Source: Nitrospira sp. (GTDB taxonomy: Bacteria; Nitrospirota; Nitrospiria; Nitrospirales; Nitrospiraceae). From it: DNA of 64,000 bases. This document shows, piece by piece, positions 57,482 through 64,000 of the stretch. Where the stretch lies: positions 1,120,001 to 1,184,000 of the forward strand of contig AP038806.1 of the NCBI GenBank assembly GCA_047150005.1. Reading direction: 5' to 3'. Every line of letters begins with the position of its first letter. Positions within the stretch are counted from its first letter, which is position 1. A program made the position numbers and the translations under genes. The notes beneath the pieces are model-generated. The model searched no databases, was not told the origin of the DNA, and saw only the letters and a program-made list of their open reading frames with translations.

Positions 57482-58465
57482 TTATTGCGCTTTTCTCACA
57501 TCGATCACCGTTCCCTCTTCGTTCAGCTCCACAACAATGTTGGACCCGTCCGCGATCGGCTTGGTCTTGATTTCCATCCGCTCCAATGGGAATTCTTTCA
57601 CTCCTTCCGGCGTGGAAAGCTTGACGATATTCTTATTCGGCCCTGTGCGGATCAGCTTGCCAAAAATCAGGCGGTGCGTCCCGGACGTGGCCTTGTCTTT
57701 TCCATGTGCGTCAATGACCATGCCCTCTTCATTGATCCAGAGCGAGACGTGGTCGCCGACTGCCGCATCAGCTGGAGCGTACTTCCTCATGAGCTTGTAC
57801 TGGGCGGCCGGCGTCTTGACGTAGACCAATGACGCATCCAACTTGGTGACCGTTCCATCGACTTGAATGACATACCCGGGCTTCGTGCGCGGGTGCTCGT
57901 CGAATTCCATCTCGACAGTGAACTTGTGAATATCGATGACTTTCCCCGCTTCGTTCACCTCGATCGTCACCGGTGCGCCTTCGTCGAATTGTGAGAGCTT
58001 CGATCGGCCTGTTTGCACGTCGAAATTCTTCTCTCCTCCCGGCGTCCAGAGCTTGATCTCCTTCTTGTCAGGGGAGGTATACACCAGGTTCCCGGTGACA
58101 AAGTGGTGCGAATGGGACTTGTCGCCCTTGCGATGAATGTCGATGACGGCATTGTTTTCACTCACCTGCATTTCGACTTCTTCGCCGACCTCGAGTCCCT
58201 TGGGTGTTACGCTTGAAGCCACCGTCATGGATCCCCAGGAAGTTTTCACGGTGACAAGACCCGATTGGACCTTCGAGACCACACCGCTGACCTTCATGTG
58301 CGTCGCCTTCCGTGGCTGTCCACCTTCCTGGGCAAAGCCCTGAGGCGCCGCGGTGAGCAAACTCACCATCACCACACCGAGAACCATCATCATGCTACGC
58401 ATCAACCTGCTCCTCTTTTTCCTGTGGGTAGATACTTCCAGCGGCCGGTTCACGTTGGCATTCAC
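57482..58465 (-). CDS. Exported protein with four internal OB-fold-like repeats
   Basis: Signal peptide; four repeats ending E..VID(I/A/V)(H/R). Confidence 0.7.
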   Translation of the reverse strand: MNANVNRPLEVSTHRKKRSRLMRSMMMVLGVVMVSLLTAAPQGFAQEGGQPRKATHMKVSGVVSKVQSGLVTVKTSWGSMTVASSVTPKGLEVGEEVEMQVSENNAVIDIHRKGDKSHSHHFVTGNLVYTSPDKKEIKLWTPGGEKNFDVQTGRSKLSQFDEGAPVTIEVNEAGKVIDIHKFTVEMEFDEHPRTKPGYVIQVDGTVTKLDASLVYVKTPAAQYKLMRKYAPADAAVGDHVSLWINEEGMVIDAHGKDKATSGTHRLIFGKLIRTGPNKNIVKLSTPEGVKEFPLERMEIKTKPIADGSNIVVELNEEGTVIDVRKAQ

Positions 58466-59024
58466 ATTACCCTCCTGGCTATAAGGTTAAAACTCAGCGC
58501 CCGTTCCGGCCTCCGATGGGATGGCCGTGATCATAAATCCTCGAGCCGACAATGTCACTGTCAAAAATGACAGGTCCTGTGGATAACCTACGGTGCCTTT
58601 TGGCGTCTAGGTGTCTCTGTCAGCACGCTCCAAATTGCTCCTGGAGGAGTGTTGATCAGGATTTCGATAGCGAGATCCTTCATCCAAGCCAACGAGGGTT
58701 AACCGAACTTGTGCGAACCGTACTCCCCAGCTTCGACGCCGCAATCCGCAAAGACTTCGAGTCCCTATCTTGATGGGCTTTGGGCGACCTTCGCTATGTG
58801 TGAGTCAGCCAAGCACTGAATTCAACCACGAGCCAGCGCGACCACATCGATCTCATAGCGCGCCTCGTGGCTGTTCGGATCCAAATATGGCGGGGTAATC
58901 GACACTCGCATCGTGTTTTCAGCTGAGGCAGGGAACAGGTTCTTATTCGCCGAAGACGCACTCGACGGACTGTGCGCTTCTCTCCGTTCACTCTCTGAGA
59001 CCACAGCCGTCTCTCAGATCGCGC

Positions 59025-59438
59025 CTAGAGTCGATCGCCCGCGGCTTCTGGTTGGTACAAAATCTCTTCAATGCGAAGCTTCCTGACCCCACCTGGGACG
59101 GACCATTCCACCGTATCGCCGACACGGTAACCGAGAATGGCGGTGCCGATCGGCGCCAAAATGGAAATCTTACGCTGTTCCACATTCGCCTGGGACGGAA
59201 ACACGATGGTGTAGACCTGTTCCTCCTTCGTCTCGGCATCGATCAGACGCACCCGTGAGTTCATGGTGACGACATCGGGAGGGACCGCCGCGGGCTTTAC
59301 GATATGCGCGCGATCCAGCTCGCCTTGGAGCGCTTCCAGCAATGGTCGGTCCCGCTCGGCAAAACTGATGCCGACTTGAAGCAGTTCCTTCAATCTGGTC
59401 AGATCATAGTCCGTGATGTAAATGTCGCGCGGATCCAT
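59025..59438 (-). CDS. rnk: Nucleoside diphosphate kinase regulator (GreA/GreB family)
   Basis: ELDRA, DVVTMNSRV, ISILAPIGTAILG, YQPEAAG. Confidence 0.92.
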   Translation of the reverse strand: MDPRDIYITDYDLTRLKELLQVGISFAERDRPLLEALQGELDRAHIVKPAAVPPDVVTMNSRVRLIDAETKEEQVYTIVFPSQANVEQRKISILAPIGTAILGYRVGDTVEWSVPGGVRKLRIEEILYQPEAAGDRL

Positions 59439-59463
59439 ATCCCCCTCCCTATCGATCCTTCGG

Positions 59464-60396
59464 TCAATCCACGGTCAGCGGCATGACACGACGATGACCT
59501 GGCTCAAACCTCGGGCTCTTGACCGTGAGTACAGGACACGACGCCTGCCGGACAACCGCTTCGGCCACACTGCCGAAGAACAACCGAGCCCATCTTGGAC
59601 GTCCATGCGTGCCCATCACGATCAGGTCGCATCCCTGCTCCTTTGCACAGTCAATGATCGAGACCGCCGGTATACCGCCACGAAGCATCGTCCGGGTCGC
59701 CAGGCCAAACGAGCTCACCAATGCTGCGAGCTGATCCAATTGCGCCCGCCAATGCACCCACTTCTGCCACTTTGCTTCCACAGAGTGTTCGGGTTCCGCA
59801 CCATAGTAAATTGGTTCAAGGACATGGACAAGCGTCATCTTGGCACCGAAATAGTTCGCGATTTGAATGGCATATTCGACGGCATCCAGGGACGGGCTAG
59901 AAAAATCCAGTGCTGCCATCACGTGTTGAATGGACGGTGTCTGGCAGGTTTCTGGACGCGCCGGAATCGCCAGGACAGGGCATGGCGCGTCTTTGATGAC
60001 ACGTTCCGCTGTGCTGCCAAGCAGGATCATGTCTAAGGCGGTGCGCCCGCTTGTTCCGACCACGACCACCTCAGCGCCGATGTCTTGGGCCGCTTTCTTG
60101 ATCTGTTCACTCGGGATGCCGACCATCTGCCGCACCTCCACACCGGTCAGTCCACTGTGCGTCAGTTGCTGCTCAATGGCCGCTAGTTGTCTTTCGCCCT
60201 CCTTCTGCATTTGCTCCAGGTACGTGGTAGCCGCCTGTGAGCCGAACAAGAGTGGGCTTGGGCTTTCTAGCACATGAAGAACACAGACCTTGGCTTCATT
60301 AGCCTTGGCCAGAAACACAGCATACTCCTGAGCTCTGCTCGCACAGTCTGAAAAATCCGTGGCAAAAACGATCTGCTTCATCATGGATCGGATCAC
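59464..60396 (-). CDS. Tandem universal stress protein
   Basis: ATDFS, GSTAERVI...CPVL; ALDFS, MGTHG...GSVAEAVVR..CPVL. Confidence 0.92.
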   Translation of the reverse strand: MIRSMMKQIVFATDFSDCASRAQEYAVFLAKANEAKVCVLHVLESPSPLLFGSQAATTYLEQMQKEGERQLAAIEQQLTHSGLTGVEVRQMVGIPSEQIKKAAQDIGAEVVVVGTSGRTALDMILLGSTAERVIKDAPCPVLAIPARPETCQTPSIQHVMAALDFSSPSLDAVEYAIQIANYFGAKMTLVHVLEPIYYGAEPEHSVEAKWQKWVHWRAQLDQLAALVSSFGLATRTMLRGGIPAVSIIDCAKEQGCDLIVMGTHGRPRWARLFFGSVAEAVVRQASCPVLTVKSPRFEPGHRRVMPLTVD

Positions 60397-60439
60397 CGAT
60401 CATTCTCCTAAGGAGATCCCGCGACCATTGGAGAGACCG

Positions 60440-60874
60440 TTAGCCGACGCGCGCGTTCGACCGCGCACCGACTTTACGGGGTTTCATGCGTCTGCGCTGT
60501 ACGCTTCGGCGCACGGCCCGCTCCACCCCTGCAAGGGCGCGACGGAACGCCACATCAATGAACGCGTTCCTCGCTTCGACAAGCACGCTCGGAAGATTGC
60601 TCAGAACCACTTTGATCCGGCAGAGTTGGTCGATGCCGCCGCGCGGACCGTTGACATCCTTCACACGGACGGTGACCCGCTCGATGGACTGCGCATACTT
60701 TCCAAGCATCCTGCTGAGCTTTTGTCGGATGTACCTTCGTGCGTCCTTATTCAGGTTGGCCCTTAACACGCGAATGTGAGCGGGAACCACTTCCGCACGG
60801 CCGGACTCCCGCTTGAGCGCTTTCGGAATCCAGCCTGGAAAGGGCGAACGCATCGGGACCCCCTTGTACGCCAA
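60440..60874 (-). CDS. HPF/RaiA-family ribosome-associated protein
   Basis: VRVKDVNGPRGGIDQLC; start uncertain. Confidence 0.7.
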   Translation of the reverse strand: MAYKGVPMRSPFPGWIPKALKRESGRAEVVPAHIRVLRANLNKDARRYIRQKLSRMLGKYAQSIERVTVRVKDVNGPRGGIDQLCRIKVVLSNLPSVLVEARNAFIDVAFRRALAGVERAVRRSVQRRRMKPRKVGARSNARVG

Positions 60875-61157
60875 TGGCCGTACCCACTCTAGTCACGGGA
60901 ATCTATTCTACTACTAGGAAGGCTTCTAGATCACCAGACGTCACGCACACACATCCGTCGCGTCCTGGACCGTGACGCGCCTTGACGTTGAAGGCGGACC
61001 AGCTCTCTCCTTTTCACTGCTGATGGTTTGCTCAACGCACTCCTGCGCCAAATCGGCGTCGAAGGCTGATGAACTTGCTGTTCTTAGACGCTCCTTCCTC
61101 TCTCTGAAGAGGTCATGATGAACGTTCATCATGACGATGGGCATTCGGCGAGCAGGC

Positions 61158-61598
61158 TTAGGGATCGATGCCCATCCCCACCCCAAGCCCGATCCTCGCT
61201 CGCAACAGATCATGACGCATGACCGAGTAAAGGACTTTGCCGTCCTTTTCGACGGGCAGGCTCAGCACGTGATGCTCCTCCATCATCTTGGCGGCCTGAG
61301 AAATCGGCGTGCTGTCGGACACCGTGAGGCGCACCTCTCGCATGATGTCCTTGGCCTGCAGCTTGCTCAAATCCTTGCCGTTGTCCAATGCCCGCATGAT
61401 GTCGAACTCGTTAATGAAACCCAAATATTTCATTCGCTCGTCCACTACCGGGGCTCCGGCTGTATGCGTCGCCAGCAAGTCCAACGCGACCATCACCCCA
61501 TTGCGATCTTCCTTAAACCACAGCGCGTTCGTCGCGTCGATCTGTCCGATCGTCGTGAAGCCTCCAACGGGAACTCCCGGTTTATTGAGTATGTTCAT
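61158..61598 (-). CDS. CBS-domain protein
   Basis: PVVDE...GFINEFD, LPV...RHDLL; AGGAG RBS. Confidence 0.82.
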   Translation of the reverse strand: MNILNKPGVPVGGFTTIGQIDATNALWFKEDRNGVMVALDLLATHTAGAPVVDERMKYLGFINEFDIMRALDNGKDLSKLQAKDIMREVRLTVSDSTPISQAAKMMEEHHVLSLPVEKDGKVLYSVMRHDLLRARIGLGVGMGIDP

Positions 61599-61620
61599 TT
61601 CTCCTCCTTGCGCCTTGTTA

Positions 61621-62247
61621 TTAGAGATTTTTTCTCACTCGAACAACCTTCCCCCACACAACGTCCGGTTCCGCCAAGGGAATGTCTTCATATTCCCAAT
61701 TGAGCGGATGAAGTATTCGTTGACCATCAACGGCTTTCACTTGTCGAAGTACAGTCGATGCCGTGCCATCATCACGGCGAGTCACGACGATATGATCTCG
61801 GGATGTCCACTTCGCGTCGGGGTTTACGAAGATCATTTCTCCCTTGCGAAAGAGCGGCTCCATCGAGTCGTCTGGTACTTTCAAGGCGAAGGTCCGGCTG
61901 CCTGACACGTCAGTGGCTTCGACCACGGCTTCGGCGTGCATGAGAGCGGGAACGCCGCTCCCGTTCGTTATCTGTCCCATCTGCTGCCAACTCATGAGTG
62001 GGATGTTTCGAATGCGACCGGCAGCGGAATGAGACGTCCGATACGTCGATTCGCCGCTCCGCAGGAAATCGACATCCATTCGAAAGTACCTCCCAAACTT
62101 TTGCCAGATGGTGCGGACCTTCGGATCCTTGCCTCTAAGGATGCCCATGATGGTACCCAGAGAGACTCCGACAGCCGACGCGACTTCCTCTTCTGTCATC
62201 CCTTCACATAGCTCTCGATGAAGCAAGCTTTTGAGACTCATCGTCAT
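61621..62247 (-). CDS. HTH + S24 peptidase (CI/LexA-like) regulator
   Basis: N-terminal HTH, FALKV.DDSMEP, LHPLN..Y, GKVV. Confidence 0.8.
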   Translation of the reverse strand: MTMSLKSLLHRELCEGMTEEEVASAVGVSLGTIMGILRGKDPKVRTIWQKFGRYFRMDVDFLRSGESTYRTSHSAAGRIRNIPLMSWQQMGQITNGSGVPALMHAEAVVEATDVSGSRTFALKVPDDSMEPLFRKGEMIFVNPDAKWTSRDHIVVTRRDDGTASTVLRQVKAVDGQRILHPLNWEYEDIPLAEPDVVWGKVVRVRKNL

Positions 62248-62494
62248 CTCGCTCCCAACGCCGGTTGTTCATGCGCTTCGTTTCCCGCCGAGACCTTGAT
62301 CACTCATGTAAGAAGACTCTAGCGTTCCCGCATGAATGTTTCCTGAAGCGAAGGTGAAGATTTTTTCATCTACCTGTGCAGGAGTGGAAACATTGTCCCC
62401 GACGCATCACGCAGTTGCATCGCTCTATCGAGACCTGATTAGATGGACTCGGCCAAAAAGAACCCGTGACCGACCGTTTTTCTTGAGGTAGCGG

Positions 62495-63172
62495 ATGCGA
62501 ATTCTGGTGATCGAGGACGACGCGGATCTTGCTCAGTTCATCTCAAAAGGGTTGAAGGAAGAGCGTTATGCTGTGGATGTCGCGCCCGATGGGGAAGAAG
62601 GGTTAGCCCTCGCCCTGGCGAATCCTTATGACCTGCTGATCGTCGATATCATGCTGCCCAAGCTCGATGGTCTTACGGTCTGTCGGCGGCTGCGCACCGC
62701 CGGAAATCGGGTTCCTGTGTTACTGATGACGGCGCGCAACACCGTGGAAGACAAAGTATCGGGCTTCGACATGGGGGCGGACCAATTTCTGACAAAGCCG
62801 TTTGCGTTCCCCGAACTGCTCGCCCGGATTCGCGCGTTGCTGCGCCGGGGATATCCGCAATTAGAGCTGACTCATCTGAAGGTCGCCGATCTGAACCTGG
62901 ATCTGGTCTCCCGCCGCGTTTGGCGCGCAGGGAAGGAAATCGTGCTGACGAACAAGGAGTTTGCGCTGTTGGAGTATCTGCTTCGGAACCGCAACCGGGT
63001 CCTGACTCGAACGTCCATCATTGATCATGTGTGGGGTCTCACGCACGACCCCATGACGAACATCGTGGACGTACACATCCGGGCGTTGAGGGCAAAGATC
63101 GATCGCCATTCCTCTCCTTCGTTGATCACGACCGTCCGTGGCGTGGGATACATGTTGGAGGAACCGGAATGA
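62495..63172 (+). CDS. OmpR-family response regulator (CusR/CzcR-like)
   Basis: VIEDD, DIMLP, KPF, LTNKEF, NIVDVHI, TVRGVGY. Confidence 0.93.
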   Translation: MRILVIEDDADLAQFISKGLKEERYAVDVAPDGEEGLALALANPYDLLIVDIMLPKLDGLTVCRRLRTAGNRVPVLLMTARNTVEDKVSGFDMGADQFLTKPFAFPELLARIRALLRRGYPQLELTHLKVADLNLDLVSRRVWRAGKEIVLTNKEFALLEYLLRNRNRVLTRTSIIDHVWGLTHDPMTNIVDVHIRALRAKIDRHSSPSLITTVRGVGYMLEEPE

Positions 63173-64000
63173 AATCATTTCGGGTGCAGGTCCGCTCCTC
63201 CCTTCTCCTGCTCATTACGGTGGTGCTGCTCGTCTCCAACCTTGTGATCTATCTGGGACTTCAAGCGCTGCTGCAAAAGTACGTCGATGGTCGATTGCTG
63301 GGATTGGGTCAGACGTTGGGCACACTGATCGAAGAGCAGCCTGAGTTGCTGTTGAAATCAGAAAGCGCATTGGTCTCGACGCCGAGTGACCGATTAGACG
63401 ACGAGCGAAATCAAGAGCTACCTGAGGTTTCTCATTCGATTCGAGTGCTCGACCTCGATGGAACAATACGATGGAAAGCCGCAGGCGCCATGGCAGGCCC
63501 GTCAGTGCCCAGAGAAGTGCTTGAGCAGGGCAAGGCGGGTCACATTGCCTATGAATCGATCACAACGTCCACCGGGACGAGCGTGCGCCGAATCCTCGTG
63601 CCTGTGAGAGAGCACGGCGATGTGCGCTATCTATTGCAAGCCGAAGCCTCATTGGCACTGGCCGACCGGACGCTGAAGGGCTTGTTGGGCCTCTTGGTTG
63701 CGAGTTCGATGGCCATGATCGTCGTGGCGTGGTTCGGCAGTGATTGGTTGGCGCGGAACATGTTGGGGACCATTGAGGCGTTGAGCCGCACGGCAGGACG
63801 AGTCTCGGAGTCCTCGTTTCACGATCGGCTCAAGCTGGATGCGCCCTACAGTGAGTTCCAGCAGTTGGCGTATGCGTTCAATTCGATGTTGGATCGACTG
63901 CAGAAGGCGTACGAGACCGAGCGCCATTTTGTCGACTATGCCGCCCACGAGATGCAGACCCCGCTCACGATCCTCCGCGGCAATTTGGAGCTGGCCCTGC
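63169..64000 (+). CDS. HAMP sensor histidine kinase (3' truncated by window; not in ORF track)
   Basis: ATGA overlap with the regulator; two TM segments, HAMP, H-box FVDYAAHEMQTPL. Confidence 0.88.
   Translation, partial: MKSFRVQVRSSLLLLITVVLLVSNLVIYLGLQALLQKYVDGRLLGLGQTLGTLIEEQPELLLKSESALVSTPSDRLDDERNQELPEVSHSIRVLDLDGTIRWKAAGAMAGPSVPREVLEQGKAGHIAYESITTSTGTSVRRILVPVREHGDVRYLLQAEASLALADRTLKGLLGLLVASSMAMIVVAWFGSDWLARNMLGTIEALSRTAGRVSESSFHDRLKLDAPYSEFQQLAYAFNSMLDRLQKAYETERHFVDYAAHEMQTPLTILRGNLELAL

Noticed and set aside
58553..58573. TGTCA-N10-TGACA palindrome as a regulator site
   Set aside because: Short single instance with no assignable regulator; could be chance

Overview
Bacterial chromosomal window of moderately high GC. 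Gene content and intergenic repeat style suggest Nitrospira/Nitrospirota (inference only). 1-12 kb is core-like: typA, peroxiredoxin/thioredoxin, hybrid kinase, queD-like, DUF3501/Fe-S oxidoreductase/rubrerythrin, rmlC, HU, tRNA-Arg(CCG) and tRNA-Lys(CTT). A ~17.3 kb element is integrated in tRNA-Lys, bounded by a perfect 45-bp att repeat (12234-12278 / 29577-29621). Its left half is a filamentous-phage (inovirus-like) module: tyrosine integrase, Xis, Rep_trans, pV-, pIII-, pVI- and Zot/pI-like genes and a major coat protein. This module has a permuted gene order and a second unannotated coat paralogue behind an attenuator hairpin. Its right half is a defence/regulation cargo: EcoRI-family MTase + DUF262-HNH, a lamin-tail-domain gene with an Xre/ImmA pair, a DUF6516-like TA pair, and an Xre-ImmA(-antitoxin)/MazF/CD-NTase/SLATT (CBASS) operon. 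After attR come an IS30 nested in a REP-like/MITE element and gene debris. A long accessory region follows: redox/aldehyde cluster (OYE, poxB, fdhA, GlcG, Rieske-flavodoxin, unannotated metallothionein, CDGSH, SnoaL), NDH-2-cNMP-CBS fusion, ppgK, mrp antiporter operon, SOD, RND pump, IS5-split ccoN-like pseudogene mosaic, rnk, USP, HPF, CBS, S24 repressor and a two-component system cut by the window end. All family calls come from motif recognition by eye, not from database searches.
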